A stretch of DNA of 61,487 bases, counting the filler. It is 4 parts of 4 records of this genome, joined end to end, with 100 filler letters (N's around TTAATTAATTAA, not from the genome) between each part and the next. Parts side by side here need not be neighbours in the genome. Positions count along the whole stretch, not along the records: positions 1 to 25,748 come from SRR20825006_1006; 3 more parts are not named here. One strand, written 5' to 3'. The notes under the pieces were generated by a model, which saw only the letters and a program-made list of their open reading frames with translations, searched no databases and was not told the DNA's origin. Shown here one piece after another: positions 9,039 to 20,119 of this stretch. Each line of letters begins with the position of its first letter. Position 1 is the stretch's first letter. The position numbers were made by a program, and so were the translations under genes.

Positions 9039-11708
9039 TTATTTGCGGGCGTTGAGCGGCACAACCGAGCTTTGCTCGTCCGCCCTGGTTTCTTCCTCAT
9101 GCGTCACGCCTTCCTGATAGGCACGGCCATAATAGCTGTCGAGAAGCACCTGACGGATTTCCGAGATCAGCGGATAGCGCGGGTTTGCGCCGGTGCACTG
9201 ATCATCGAAGGCCTTTTCCGCAACTTCATCGACATGATCGAGGAAGTCTGCTTCAGCAACACCAGCCGCCTGGATCGACGCCGGAATATCGCAATCGTTC
9301 TTCAATTCCTCTATCCACTTGACCAGGTTTTCAACCGATTCCTCATCGGTCTTGCCGCCGAGATCAAGATGACGGGCGACTTCGGCATAACGGCAAAGCG
9401 CCTTCGGACGGTCATACTGGCTGAAAGCAGCCTGCTTGGTCGGATTGTCGACCGCGTTATAGCGCACAACATTGGCCAGCAGCAGTGCGTTCGAAAGACC
9501 ATGGGCAAGGTGAAACTGGGCGCCGACCTTGTGGGCCATCGAGTGGCAGACGCCGAGGAACGCATTGGCAAAAGCGATACCCGCCAGCGTCGCACCATTG
9601 TGAACCTGCTCACGTGCCTTCGGATCGCCTGCACCGTTTTTGTAAGACGACGGCAGATACTGCTTTAACAGCTTCAAAGCGGCAAGCGCCTGACCATCCG
9701 AATACTCGTTCGCCATAATCGATACATAGGCTTCCAGCGCATGGGTCACCGCATCGACCCCGCCATGGGCCGTCAGCGATTTCGGCATGTCCATGACCAG
9801 ATTGGCATCAACGATGGCCATGTTCGGTGTCAGCTCATAATCGGCAATCGGATATTTGATGCCGGTTTTTTCATCGGTCACAACCGCGAAGGGCGTCACT
9901 TCCGAACCCGTGCCCGAAGTCGTTGGCACAGCGACAAACTGAGCCTTCACGCCGAGTTTCGGGAAACGGTAGATGCGCTTGCGAATATCCATGAAGCGCA
10001 GCGCCAGATCGGCAAACTCAACTTCCGGATGCTCATACATCACCCACATGATCTTGGCGGCATCCATCGGCGACCCGCCACCCTGCGCCAGGATGATATC
10101 AGGCTCGAACGAACGGGCCAGTTCCCAGCCCTTGCGAACAACCGCCAGCGTCGGGTCTGCCTGAACATCGAAGAACGTTTCAACCTCGATACCAAGGCCC
10201 TTCAAAACAGTAACAGTCTCGTTAATATGACCGTTTTCAAACAGGAATCGGTCGGTGACAATCAGGCAACGCTTCTTGCCCTTAAGCTCTTCCAGCGCGA
10301 AGGGAAGCGCACCGCGGCGGAAATAGATTGACGGAGGAAGCTTGTGCCACAGCATGTTTTCAGCTCTTTTTGCGACTGTCTTCTTGTTGATCAAATGCTG
10401 TGGGCCAACATTTTCCGAAATCGAGTTGCCGCCCCACGAACCGCAGCCCAGCGTCAGCGATGGTGCCAGACGGAAGTTATAAAGGTCGCCGATACCGCCT
10501 TGCGATGCCGGTGAGTTGATAAGAATACGCGCGGTCTTCATCTTCGCGCCAAAGGCCTCGACACGTTCCGGCTGCAGATCCTGATCCGTGTAGAGCACCG
10601 ATGTGTGACCGATACCGCCCAGAGCGACCAGTTCCGCTGCAATACGCGTGGCGTGATCGAAATTCCTGGCGCGATACATAGCCAGCGTTGGCGACAGCTT
10701 TTCGTGGGCGAAGACTTCTTCCTCCCCGGTGCTCTCAACTTCGGCAATCAGGACCTTGGTGCGCGGCGGCACTTCGATACCGGCCATCTTCGCGATCTTA
10801 TCAGCCGACTGGCCGACGATTTCAGCGTTCAGCGTGCCCTTCTTGTTCATGATGATATCGCGCACAGCACCGGCCTCGTTACCCGAAAGCACATAGGCAC
10901 CATGGCTGGCAAAACGCTCACGCACCTGATCGTAGACCTTGTCGACAGCAATCACCGACTGTTCCGAGGCGCAGATAACGCCATTGTCGAAAGTCTTCGA
11001 CATCAGGATCGAGGCAACCGCCCGCTTGATGTCTGCAAACTCATCAATAACGGCTGGCGTGTTCCCTGCGCCGACGCCGATGGCCGGTTTACCCGACGAA
11101 TAAGCAGCCTTGACCATGCCAGGACCGCCGGTCGCCAGAATGAGGTTGATGTCATCGTGATGCATCAGCGCATTCGACAGCTCAACTGATGGCTCGTCGA
11201 TCCAGCCGATGATATCCTTCGGCGCTCCGGCTTTCACAGCAGCTTCCAGAACAATACGGGCGGCTTCGCAGGTCGAGCGTCTGGCGCGCGGATGCGGTGA
11301 AAAGATAACGCCGTTGCGGGTTTTCAGGCTGATGAGCGCCTTGAAGATAGCAGTTGAGGTGGGATTTGTGGTGGGGACGATAGCGCAAATCAGGCCGATC
11401 GGCTCAGCGACAGTGAAGATACCGTATTCCGGCTCTTCCGAAAGAATGCCGCAGGTCTTGTCGTCCTTGTATTTGTTGTAAATGTATTCCGAGGCGAAGT
11501 GGTTCTTGATGACCTTGTCTTCCATCACGCCCATACCCGTCTCTTCAAAGGCCATACGGGCCAGAGGAATGCGGGCATCGGCTGCGGCAAGGGCCGCCGA
11601 GCGGAAGATATAGTCAACCTGTTCCTGCGTGTAGTTCGCAAACTTTTGTTGCGCTGCCTTCGTCCGGGCAACGAGCTGGTCTAGTTCGGTCGTGCTGGTA
11701 GCCGGCAT
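9039..11708 (-). CDS. adhE: Bifunctional acetaldehyde-CoA/alcohol dehydrogenase
   Basis: 889 aa; PTTNPTST, ATGGPGMV, FDNGVICASEQ, linker TLGCGSWGGNS, Fe-ADH GGGSPMDAAK, PTTSGTGSE, HSMAHK...HG. Confidence 0.97.
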   Translation of the reverse strand: MPATSTTELDQLVARTKAAQQKFANYTQEQVDYIFRSAALAAADARIPLARMAFEETGMGVMEDKVIKNHFASEYIYNKYKDDKTCGILSEEPEYGIFTVAEPIGLICAIVPTTNPTSTAIFKALISLKTRNGVIFSPHPRARRSTCEAARIVLEAAVKAGAPKDIIGWIDEPSVELSNALMHHDDINLILATGGPGMVKAAYSSGKPAIGVGAGNTPAVIDEFADIKRAVASILMSKTFDNGVICASEQSVIAVDKVYDQVRERFASHGAYVLSGNEAGAVRDIIMNKKGTLNAEIVGQSADKIAKMAGIEVPPRTKVLIAEVESTGEEEVFAHEKLSPTLAMYRARNFDHATRIAAELVALGGIGHTSVLYTDQDLQPERVEAFGAKMKTARILINSPASQGGIGDLYNFRLAPSLTLGCGSWGGNSISENVGPQHLINKKTVAKRAENMLWHKLPPSIYFRRGALPFALEELKGKKRCLIVTDRFLFENGHINETVTVLKGLGIEVETFFDVQADPTLAVVRKGWELARSFEPDIILAQGGGSPMDAAKIMWVMYEHPEVEFADLALRFMDIRKRIYRFPKLGVKAQFVAVPTTSGTGSEVTPFAVVTDEKTGIKYPIADYELTPNMAIVDANLVMDMPKSLTAHGGVDAVTHALEAYVSIMANEYSDGQALAALKLLKQYLPSSYKNGAGDPKAREQVHNGATLAGIAFANAFLGVCHSMAHKVGAQFHLAHGLSNALLLANVVRYNAVDNPTKQAAFSQYDRPKALCRYAEVARHLDLGGKTDEESVENLVKWIEELKNDCDIPASIQAAGVAEADFLDHVDEVAEKAFDDQCTGANPRYPLISEIRQVLLDSYYGRAYQEGVTHEEETRADEQSSVVPLNARK

Positions 11709-11934
11709 GGGACTTCTCCTGCGCTTTTAGCCGAAACCTTGTGGGCCGGCGGTTACTGACAATCCATTGGACAAGCCGAACACCGATCTTGGGCTCGGTG
11801 GCTTCACGGCCCTGTATCTGCCTGGCGCTTTTTCTCAAAAACGGTCATCGCCGCCAACGCGCTTCTGTGATGCTCGATCAAGGGCCGCTCGATCTCTCCG
11901 ATATGAGACATAAATCGTTTTAAATCATTTCGTT

Positions 11935-11948
11935 TTGATCGTGATCAA
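11935..11948. promoter_or_regulatory. FNR/FixK-type binding site upstream of adhE
   Basis: TTGAT-CGTG-ATCAA is a perfect TTGAT-N4-ATCAA; a degenerate copy TTGAT-CTTT-TTTAA follows at 11951-11964. Confidence 0.85.
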
Positions 11949-12034
11949 ACTTGATCTTTTTTAAGTCCAAGGCACGTCAAACATATAACAGCCGCGATTT
12001 ACCACCCAAAATTTTCTGGCAGTCTCAAACACAA

Positions 12035-12072
12035 AGATCGGGATTGGCCTCATGATAGGCCATTCCCGATCT
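12035..12072 (-). terminator. Terminator hairpin downstream of copA
   Basis: AGATCGGGATTGGCCT/AGGCCATTCCCGATCT long stem, T-rich tail on the minus strand. Confidence 0.6.
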
Positions 12073-12115
12073 GAATAAAGAGGCATTGATGAATTAATGT
12101 TCAATCCCGTCCGTT

Positions 12116-14617
12116 TTATGTTTCCGCCACGACAACAGGCGCAAAACGTTTCAGCCGCAGCGCGTTCGACAGAACGAAGACACTGGAAAGGCCCATCGCG
12201 GCGGCGGCAAGCATGGGTGACAGCAACATACCGTTCACCGGATAGAGAATGCCTGCAGCCACAGGGATCAGAAGCACATTATAGGCAAAAGCCCAGAACA
12301 GGTTCTGTCCGATATTGCGCATCACCGAACGCGACAGCGAAATCGCATTCACGACACCGGAAAGTTCGCCGGACATCAAAACAACGTCAGCAGTCTCAAT
12401 GGCGATATCCGTTCCCGTGCCGATAGCGATACCGGTATCGGCTGTCGCCAGCGCAGGCGCATCATTGATGCCGTCCCCGGCAAAGGCAATCGCGCCATAT
12501 TCATTTCTCAGTTTTTCAACTGCGGTGACTTTACCATCAGGCAGAACATCGGAAACAACCGTATCGATACCGACTTCGGCAGCGATAGCATGGGCCGTTT
12601 TGGCATTATCGCCGGTGATCATGGCCGTCGTTACACCGGCCTTGTGAAGCGCTGCAATGGCCGCTCTCGCCGATGGCTTGACCGGATCTGCAACGCCAAT
12701 CACACCGGCAAGCGTGCCATCAACTGCAACAAACAGCAACGACCGGGCCTTGGCCGCCAGATTTTCGGCCTCCCCGTCCAGCGCAGCAACATCGACCGAA
12801 AGCGTCTCCATAAAGCGGCGCGCACCAACGGCAACGGTTTTGCCATCCACTCCGGCCTTCACACCGTAGCCGGGTACCGCTTCAAAGTCGGTCGCCTTGC
12901 CAACCGTCAACCCGTCATCATGCGCGGCGGTCATAACGGCTTCTGCCAACGGGTGCTCTGAGCCGGACTCAACAGCCGCCGTCAATGCCAGAAGTTGCGC
13001 CCGGTCAAAGCCACCAGCCGTCAGTATATCCGTCACCAGCGGACGACCTTCCGTCAGTGTACCGGTCTTGTCAAAGGCAACAATCTTCGTGTCCCGCAGT
13101 GTCTGAAGCGCTTCGCCGTTTCGGAAAAGCACACCGATTTCTGCCGCTCTGCCCGTTCCGACCATGATCGAGGTCGGTGTTGCCAGACCCATGGCGCAGG
13201 GGCAGGCAATGATCATGACCGCAACAGCATTAATGACCGCGAATGTGAGCGCCGGTGAAGGCCCCACAAACAGCCAGATAAAGAAGGTGATTGCTGCCGC
13301 CACCAGCACAGCAGGCACAAACCAGGCGGTTACCTTGTCCACCATCGCCTGAACCGGTAATTTCGCCCCCTGCGCGTTTTCGACCATTTTGACAATGCGG
13401 GCAAGAACGGTGTCAGACCCGATTGCCGTGGCACGAAACGTAAACGAGCCTGTCTTGTTGATCGTGCCGCCTGTGACCTCATCCCTCTCACCTTTTTCAA
13501 CGGGAACAGGCTCACCGGAAAGCATGGACTCATCAATATAGGAAGTTCCGGATAGGACAACGCCATCGACAGCGACTTTCTCGCCGGGCCGGACGGTGAC
13601 AATATCCCCGAGCTTCAGCTCAGCAATAGGAATATCGACGGTCGTTCCGTCGCGCTCCACGCGAGCGGTTTTCGGCTGCAATCCCATCAGGTGTTTGATG
13701 GCCGCCGATGTGCGGCCCTTGGCCTTGGCTTCAAGATAACGACCGAGCAGGATCAGCGAAATGATCACGGCAGACGATTCAAAGTAAACCTGAGCCGCTC
13801 CTTCCGGGAAAATATGCGGCAGGAACGTTGCAACCGTCGAGTAACCCCAGGCGGCGCTGGAACCCAGCATAACCAGCGCATTCATATCCGGCGATCTGCG
13901 ACGAAACGAAGCAATGCCGTGGCGGTAAAAACGCCGACCGGGACCGAATTGCACGATTGTCGCCAGAACAAAATAAAGGACATGCAACGGAAAAAGCCCG
14001 ATGGATGAATGCAACAGCGCGCCGAAGGGCCGCACCAGATGCGACCCCATCTCCAGAATGAAGAGCGGGAGTGTGAAGACAAATGCCGCCACAAGATCAC
14101 GCCTGAGCAAGGCCAGTTCTTTCGCCTTGGCATTATCGTGCGCTTCTGCTGCATTCACCGCATCGCCGATCCGGCGCGCTTCAAAGCCGGCATTTTCAAT
14201 CGCCGCTTCCAGCGCCTCGATACCGGTTGAAGGTGTTGCGGAAACGCGAGCGCGCTCACTCGCCAGATTGACTTTGGCATCCATCACGCCCGGCACTTTT
14301 GAAAGCACACGCTCGACGCTTTGAACACAGGATGCGCAATGCATGCCCGCAACTTCCAGCTCTATGGTCTGCAGTGGCACACCATATCCGGCGCTCTCGA
14401 TCGCCGCGATCACAGCACTGCCTGCCTTCGGGTCAGAAAGAGCGACATCAGCACTTTCGGTCGCCAGGTTCACAGCAACGGTTTCAACACCTTCAACCTT
14501 GGCAACGACACGCTCAACACTACGAACGCAGGACGCGCAGGTCATGCCGGAAACCGGCAACGTCAGATGTTGCGGCGCCCTGGATGCAGATTTGTTATTG
14601 GAAAGCGCCTGTTCCAT
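12116..14617 (-). CDS. copA: Cu(I)-translocating P1B-1 ATPase
   Basis: Two HMA domains (GMTCASC, GMHCASC), SGE(P), CPC, DKTGT, SEHP, GDGIND, YN and MxxSS metal ligands. Confidence 0.96.
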   Translation of the reverse strand: MEQALSNNKSASRAPQHLTLPVSGMTCASCVRSVERVVAKVEGVETVAVNLATESADVALSDPKAGSAVIAAIESAGYGVPLQTIELEVAGMHCASCVQSVERVLSKVPGVMDAKVNLASERARVSATPSTGIEALEAAIENAGFEARRIGDAVNAAEAHDNAKAKELALLRRDLVAAFVFTLPLFILEMGSHLVRPFGALLHSSIGLFPLHVLYFVLATIVQFGPGRRFYRHGIASFRRRSPDMNALVMLGSSAAWGYSTVATFLPHIFPEGAAQVYFESSAVIISLILLGRYLEAKAKGRTSAAIKHLMGLQPKTARVERDGTTVDIPIAELKLGDIVTVRPGEKVAVDGVVLSGTSYIDESMLSGEPVPVEKGERDEVTGGTINKTGSFTFRATAIGSDTVLARIVKMVENAQGAKLPVQAMVDKVTAWFVPAVLVAAAITFFIWLFVGPSPALTFAVINAVAVMIIACPCAMGLATPTSIMVGTGRAAEIGVLFRNGEALQTLRDTKIVAFDKTGTLTEGRPLVTDILTAGGFDRAQLLALTAAVESGSEHPLAEAVMTAAHDDGLTVGKATDFEAVPGYGVKAGVDGKTVAVGARRFMETLSVDVAALDGEAENLAAKARSLLFVAVDGTLAGVIGVADPVKPSARAAIAALHKAGVTTAMITGDNAKTAHAIAAEVGIDTVVSDVLPDGKVTAVEKLRNEYGAIAFAGDGINDAPALATADTGIAIGTGTDIAIETADVVLMSGELSGVVNAISLSRSVMRNIGQNLFWAFAYNVLLIPVAAGILYPVNGMLLSPMLAAAAMGLSSVFVLSNALRLKRFAPVVVAET

Positions 14618-14664
14618 GAAACGCTCCTTCCTGAAAAAAGAATTTCCGATGGCAAAAGCCGGTT

Positions 14665-14874
14665 TCAGCCGACGACATCGTAGCCGCTATCCTCAACGGC
14701 CTCGACGGCCTGCTCGCGGGTCGCAGGTGAGGAAAGCGTAAACTCAGCCACTTTGCTCTCAAGGCTGACCTTGATGCCGGAAACGCCATCCAGCGCACCG
14801 AGGGCCTTCTCAACCTTCCCGCTGCATTTTGCGCAGCCCATGCCTTCAATTTTCAGGGTAATGTTCTCAGCCAT
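14665..14874 (-). CDS. copZ: Copper chaperone (HMA domain)
   Basis: 69 aa, [18 protein letters not shown] upstream; precedes copA. Confidence 0.9.
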   Translation of the reverse strand: MAENITLKIEGMGCAKCSGKVEKALGALDGVSGIKVSLESKVAEFTLSSPATREQAVEAVEDSGYDVVG

Positions 14875-14903
14875 CTTCAACACTCCTTTATAGGTTGAAT
14901 GCA

Positions 14904-14934
14904 GAGATGGTGCTTCCAGTCACTGGAAGGTCAA
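14904..14934 (-). promoter_or_regulatory. CueR-type (MerR-family) promoter/operator of copZA
   Basis: Minus strand TTGACC overlapping the palindrome CTTCCAGT-G-ACTGGAAG (14913-14929), matching the ACCTTCC-N7-GGAAGGT consensus. Confidence 0.88.
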
Positions 14935-15058
14935 GACAGTTTATGTGTTTTCTTTTAAAAAAAACGTTTTGGGCACGGCAAACCCTGCATCACACAGGAA
15001 TGGGAATACAGAATAAGGCCACGCCCTCATTTGCCCAGAACAAGCATCGTCCAGCACA

Positions 15059-15448
15059 TCAGGGCAGTTTAGCAGCCGTCACCTCAACTTCGACAAGGAA
15101 TTCGGCGCGGGTAAATCCGCTGACAACCAGCAACGTGGAAACTGGCATAGGATCAGAAATATAACGGTCCCGTACATCCATATAGGCGGGAAAATCTTCA
15201 CGCATCGTAACATAGCCGGTAATGCGTATTGCATCTTCAAAACTCATATCCGCCTCAGCCAAGATCTTTGCAATGGCTTCAAAACAAAGCTCCGCCTGGC
15301 CCTTGACCGAACGTGGAATGGTTTCATCCTGCCCGATACCCAACTGACCGGAGGTGACCAGCATACCGGCCCCCGGCGGCACGTAAAGCCCGTGACTGTA
15401 ATTTCCGAACGGCTTGCGAACACCGGTTGGGTTGATGCTTTTCTTCAT
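15059..15448 (-). CDS. RidA/YjgF/UK114 family protein
   Basis: YSHG, TSGQLG, GQAELCF, STLLVVSGF...LVEVEVTA. Confidence 0.88.
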   Translation of the reverse strand: MKKSINPTGVRKPFGNYSHGLYVPPGAGMLVTSGQLGIGQDETIPRSVKGQAELCFEAIAKILAEADMSFEDAIRITGYVTMREDFPAYMDVRDRYISDPMPVSTLLVVSGFTRAEFLVEVEVTAAKLP

Positions 15449-15485
15449 TTTACCTGCCTCCGAAACCTGTTTGACGCATGGCCGT

Positions 15486-15523
15486 AAAAAGACCCGGCTG
15501 TCAAGGTCTTGTCGACAACCGGG
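15486..15523 (-). terminator. Probable terminator after aldehyde dehydrogenase
   Basis: CCCGGCTGTC...GACAACCGGG stem followed by TCTTTTT on the minus strand. Confidence 0.5.
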
Positions 15524-15559
15524 CGCTCTACATCATGTTACGGTATTTTTACGGAGATT

Positions 15560-16984
15560 CTAAGCCTTGAAACCGCGAATTCCCTTGATTTCCAGAAAAT
15601 CTTCCATTCCGAAGTCGCCAAACTCGCGGCCATTGCCGGATTGCTTGTACCCTCCAAACGGGATGGACGTATCCCAATCGGTTTCATTGATGGAAACATT
15701 GCCCGCCCTCAGTCGCATAGCAACGGCGCGCGCATGTTCGAGTTCGCCCTGAATGTAAGCAGCAAGCCCGTATTCGGTATCGTTGGCGATCTCGATGGCT
15801 TCCTCTTCAGTGCCGTAAGGTAATACCGACAGAACCGGCCCGAAGATCTCTTCCCGCGCGATCGTCATGTCATTGTTCACATTGCCGAACACGGTCGGCT
15901 TGACAAAGTAGCCATGATTAAGGCCGTTCGGCCGTCCCGGACCACCGGTGACCAGTGTCGCCCCCTCTTCAATGCCAGCGTTGATCAATCGCTGAATCTT
16001 CTCATATTGCAGCTCGCTCACCACCGGGCCAAGATCCGTGTCTTCGGCCATGGGATCACCGGTTTTCAGGCCTTCTGAAACGCGTTTTGCAATCTCAAGA
16101 GCCTGATCATGTTTTGCAGCCGGTACAAGAAGCCGTGTTGGCGCGTTGCATGACTGGCCTGTGTTCTGAAAGCACTCTTTGACGCTCAGCGTCATAGCCG
16201 CTTCGAGGTCAGCATCGTCGAGAACGATATTCGGGGACTTGCCGCCCAGTTCCTGACAAACGCGTTTCACCGTATCAGCGGCTGTTTTTGCAACCTGAAT
16301 GCCTGCGCGTGTTGAACCCGTGAAGGATACCATATCAACTTCCGGGTGACCGGTCATAGCCTGCCCAACGTCCGGTCCGTTACCGTTGACGAGGTTGAAC
16401 ACGCCTTTCGGGACACCGGCCTCTTCGAGGATTTCGGCAAAAATAATTGCAGTGATCGGCGCTATTTCCGAAGGTTTCAGAACAACAGTGCAGCCGGTTG
16501 CAAGAGCCGGGGCCACCTTGGCGGCAATCTGGTTCAGCGGCCAGTTCCAGGGTGTGATCAACGCGCAGACACCAATCGGTTCGCGAACGATCAACCCTTT
16601 GTTGCGCTCCTCGGAGAACGAGAAGTCTTTCAGAGCATGCATTGTGGATTGAATGTGAGCGGCGCCGACCGGCACCTGCGCAGCACGCGCAAGTGAAATT
16701 GGCGCACCCATTTCCTGGCCAATCGCCGAAGCCAGGTCATCGAAGCGCGCAACGTAGCAATCCAAAATGCGGCCCAGAAGTGCGACCCTCTCCTCACGGG
16801 TCGTTTGCGAAAATGACGCAAAGGCAGTTCGCGCTGCCCTGACCGCCTTGTCGACATCGGCGCTGCTTCCAAGCGAGATCTGAGTGTAGACTTCTTCCGT
16901 TGCCGGATTGATGACATCAAGCCTTTTGGGTTCGACCGGATCGACCCATACGCCATCTATATAAAACTTCAGGTGATTGCTCAT
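15560..16984 (-). CDS. NAD(P)-dependent aldehyde dehydrogenase
   Basis: ITPWNWP, LKPSE, FTGST, QELGGKSP, GQSCNAP, EEIFGP, FGGYKQSGNGRE. Confidence 0.95.
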   Translation of the reverse strand: MSNHLKFYIDGVWVDPVEPKRLDVINPATEEVYTQISLGSSADVDKAVRAARTAFASFSQTTREERVALLGRILDCYVARFDDLASAIGQEMGAPISLARAAQVPVGAAHIQSTMHALKDFSFSEERNKGLIVREPIGVCALITPWNWPLNQIAAKVAPALATGCTVVLKPSEIAPITAIIFAEILEEAGVPKGVFNLVNGNGPDVGQAMTGHPEVDMVSFTGSTRAGIQVAKTAADTVKRVCQELGGKSPNIVLDDADLEAAMTLSVKECFQNTGQSCNAPTRLLVPAAKHDQALEIAKRVSEGLKTGDPMAEDTDLGPVVSELQYEKIQRLINAGIEEGATLVTGGPGRPNGLNHGYFVKPTVFGNVNNDMTIAREEIFGPVLSVLPYGTEEEAIEIANDTEYGLAAYIQGELEHARAVAMRLRAGNVSINETDWDTSIPFGGYKQSGNGREFGDFGMEDFLEIKGIRGFKA

Positions 16985-17266
16985 CTCAGCTTCTCCCTTT
17001 CATGGGTCATATTTCATCTCGCCGTCGCTTCACTGATTTTAGGTTGAAACGCCAGAATAACACCTCTGGTTGCGACAACGCCAAAACTGTTACTTTTGAT
17101 TTGCAGCAAAAAAAAGGCTGATCATTTTTGTTCTCATGTCACCAGCGAGGCTATCCAGTATCGGTTCAAAACCATTAAATTAGCATCTCACTTACGGGCG
17201 TTCACGCGCTCACTCTTCTCCGGTGTCTCAACACACCGGACCGCGTAAAATCGTTTCCGGCGACCT

Positions 17267-17962
17267 CTATTCCGGATCTTCCGGCAATTGCCAGTCAATC
17301 GGCTCCATCCCCTTCTCCAGCAGAAACTGATTGGCTTTTGAAAAGTGACGGCAACCGAAAAAGCCATTGTGAGCGGAAAAAGGCGATGGATGTGGTGCTT
17401 TTAGAACCAGATGCTTCGCGCTGTCGACAAATGAGGCCTTCTTTTGGGCATAAGCGCCCCAGAGCAGAAAGACAACATGGTCGCACTCATCATTGACGGT
17501 GCGGATCACCGCATCGGTGAACTGTTCCCACCCCTTGCCGCGATGGGAGGCTGCCTGTGCCTGCTGCACCGTGAGCACACTGTTCAAAAGAAGCACGCCC
17601 TGCCTTGCCCAATGTTCCAGAAAACCATGCTTGACTGGCTGAAAGCCGACGTCAGTTGACAGTTCCTTGTAGATGTTGACGAGGGACGGTGGCGTACGCA
17701 CGCCCGGCTTTACCGAAAAGCACAACCCGTGTGCCTGCCCTGGTCCGTGATAGGGATCCTGCCCTAAAATCACGACACGGACATTTTCAAGCGGTGTCAG
17801 ATCAAGCGCCCGGAAATATTCCGTTCCTTTTGGAAAAACAGCTTTTCCGGCTCTGAGTTCTGCCTTCAGAAAGGCTCTGAGGTCACTCATGTAGCCGCTG
17901 TCGAATTCCGGCTTCAGCTTTTCTTTCCAACCGTCTTCCAGCCTGATCTCATGTCCGGGCAT
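17267..17962 (-). CDS. ung: Uracil-DNA glycosylase, family 1
   Basis: [32 protein letters not shown]. Confidence 0.96.
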   Translation of the reverse strand: MPGHEIRLEDGWKEKLKPEFDSGYMSDLRAFLKAELRAGKAVFPKGTEYFRALDLTPLENVRVVILGQDPYHGPGQAHGLCFSVKPGVRTPPSLVNIYKELSTDVGFQPVKHGFLEHWARQGVLLLNSVLTVQQAQAASHRGKGWEQFTDAVIRTVNDECDHVVFLLWGAYAQKKASFVDSAKHLVLKAPHPSPFSAHNGFFGCRHFSKANQFLLEKGMEPIDWQLPEDPE

Positions 17963-18195
17963 AGCAAAACCAACCTTCAATCCGTTTATCTGACAACGAA
18001 CAAACAGTTAGCGCCACGCGGACGCGGATGCAAACCGGTCAAAGCACCACCAGCAACGGTTCACCACAATCGAGCGAAAACGCCTGAATATTCTGATATG
18101 ACACGCCTCAAACGATTGACCGGCGTTGTCGCGCAAGCCAAACTGGCGGGCGTGACAAAAAAGCACAATCTCCTATCCTTACAGAGGGTTTCGAT

Positions 18196-19176
18196 ATGTT
18201 GAATTTCAAGAAGGCTGCCCTGGCCGCTGCGACCGTTGCAACGCTCGCCGGCCTTGCAGGCATTGCCCAGGCACAGGATGCAGACGAGAAGACCGTCGCC
18301 ATTACCTATATCGTGGAACATCCCGCACTTGATGCTGTACGCGAAGGCATCATCAAGGGTCTCGGCGAAAACGGCTTTAATGAAGGTGAAAACCTGAAAA
18401 TCGTCGCCCGCTCTGCGCAAGGCAATATGACCACGCAGACCCAGATTGCCTCAGAATTCGCAGGGATCAAGCCGGACGTGACAGTCGGCATCTCCACCCC
18501 GTCGGCACAGGCACTGAAAAATTCGATGGGCGACACGCCTGTTGTCTTTGCAGCCGTCACCGACCCGGTTGCTGCCGGCCTTGTCGAAAACCCGCAAACC
18601 CCGGAAGCCAACATCACCGGCACATCCGACAACCAGCCCGCCGGACCGGCCCTCGAAATGATCCGGGCGTTTGTTCCCGATGCCGAAAAGATCGGGGTTA
18701 TCTACAATCCCGGCGAGGCCAACTCGGTCGCACAGGTTGAGGACATCAAACGCGGCGCAAAAGCGTTGGGAATGGAAGTCATCGAAAGCCCCGCTGCCCA
18801 GTCAACCATGGTGCCTGATGCTGCACGCAATCTCGTCGGCAAAGCTGATGCCATCCTGTTGCCAACCGACAATTCGGTCATTTCGGTTCTGGAAGCCATC
18901 GTTACGGTTGGCGAGCGCGCCAAGCTTCCGGTTTTCACCACCGACACTGACTCTGTTGAACGCGGTGCGGTCGCCGCGCTTGGCTTCAACTACGGCGAAA
19001 TGGGTGTGGTAACCGGCCAGATGGTCGCTGACATTCTCAATGGTACCGCCATTGCCGATATCCCGGTCGTTGTTCCCGGCAATCAGGACCTGTTCCTGAA
19101 CCTGACGTCGGCTAAGGCCATGGGCGTCACCGTTCCCGATGAAATGAAAGCCAAAGCCAAGAAGGTCATCGAATAA
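18196..19176 (+). CDS. ABC transporter substrate-binding protein (COG2984, aromatic amino acid type)
   Basis: Signal peptide; IVEHPALDA, AVTDPV, NITGTSD, YNPGEANS, PTDN. Confidence 0.9.
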   Translation: MLNFKKAALAAATVATLAGLAGIAQAQDADEKTVAITYIVEHPALDAVREGIIKGLGENGFNEGENLKIVARSAQGNMTTQTQIASEFAGIKPDVTVGISTPSAQALKNSMGDTPVVFAAVTDPVAAGLVENPQTPEANITGTSDNQPAGPALEMIRAFVPDAEKIGVIYNPGEANSVAQVEDIKRGAKALGMEVIESPAAQSTMVPDAARNLVGKADAILLPTDNSVISVLEAIVTVGERAKLPVFTTDTDSVERGAVAALGFNYGEMGVVTGQMVADILNGTAIADIPVVVPGNQDLFLNLTSAKAMGVTVPDEMKAKAKKVIE

Positions 19177-19177
19177 C

Positions 19178-20119
19178 ATGACGCTTTTCGCTCTTGCCGG
19201 TGCACTGGAGACCGGCCTGCTCTTCGCCCTCGTGGCGTTGAGCATCTTCATGTCATTCCGCGTGCTTGATTTTCCGGACCTGACCGTTGATGGCAGCTTC
19301 CCGCTCGGGGCTGCCGTTTCGGCTGCGGCCATCATCAACGGTATTGATCCGTTTGTTGCGACATTTATGGGCGCGATGGCAGGCGCCGCTGCGGGTTTTG
19401 TCACCGGACTTTTGAATGTGCGCTTCGGGATCATGAACCTTTTGTCAGGCATCCTGATGATGGTCGCACTCTTTTCCATCAATCTGCGAATTATGGGGCG
19501 GCCCAACCTGCCGGTCTACGGGCATGACACGGTATTTTCCCGCGCCGAGTCCCTTTTCAACGCCGGCTTGTGGAGCAACTCGATCCTGCTTTTGATCTTC
19601 GCCGTAGGCGCGAAGCTGATCATCGACTGGTTCCTGAAAACCGAAGTCGGCCTGGGGCTGAGAGCCTCCGGCGAAAATGCAGCCATGGCCGAAGCGCAGG
19701 GCATCAGAAACGGTGCGATGACACTTCTGGGCATGTCGATTGCCAATGCACTCTGCGCCCTTGGCGGCTCTCTTTTTGCTCAGATGCAGGGCGTTGCAGA
19801 CGTGACGATGGGTGTCGGCACCATCGTGACCGGCCTTGCTGCGCTGATCATTGGTGAAGCGATCCTTGGCCGCCGCACCGTGTTTCTGGCAACACTGGGC
19901 TGCATTATCGGCGCTGTTGTCTACCGCCTGTTCATCGCGATGGCGCTTTCAGCCGGGTTTATCGGCATTCGCCCGCAGGATCTGAACCTGATTACAGCTA
20001 TCGTGGTGGCTGTTGCCGTGGTTCTCTCCCAAAGACGCGGTAAAAAGGGGCGTCGCAAGCCGCTTTTCAACTTCAAACTGGTACGTGGTGACCGGGCGAA
20101 CGAAGAAAGGGCTGAATAA
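19178..20119 (+). CDS. ABC transporter permease (COG4120)
   Basis: FRVLDFPDLTVDGSFPLG, SINLRIMGRPN; hydrophobic. Confidence 0.9.
   Translation: MTLFALAGALETGLLFALVALSIFMSFRVLDFPDLTVDGSFPLGAAVSAAAIINGIDPFVATFMGAMAGAAAGFVTGLLNVRFGIMNLLSGILMMVALFSINLRIMGRPNLPVYGHDTVFSRAESLFNAGLWSNSILLLIFAVGAKLIIDWFLKTEVGLGLRASGENAAMAEAQGIRNGAMTLLGMSIANALCALGGSLFAQMQGVADVTMGVGTIVTGLAALIIGEAILGRRTVFLATLGCIIGAVVYRLFIAMALSAGFIGIRPQDLNLITAIVVAVAVVLSQRRGKKGRRKPLFNFKLVRGDRANEERAE

Noticed and set aside
11867-11881. GTGATGCTCGATCAA as a third FNR site
   Set aside because: Five-base spacer and a mismatched half-site
17267-17962. Family-1 ung as a phage or horizontally acquired marker
   Set aside because: Ordinary housekeeping context and composition, no mobile genes nearby
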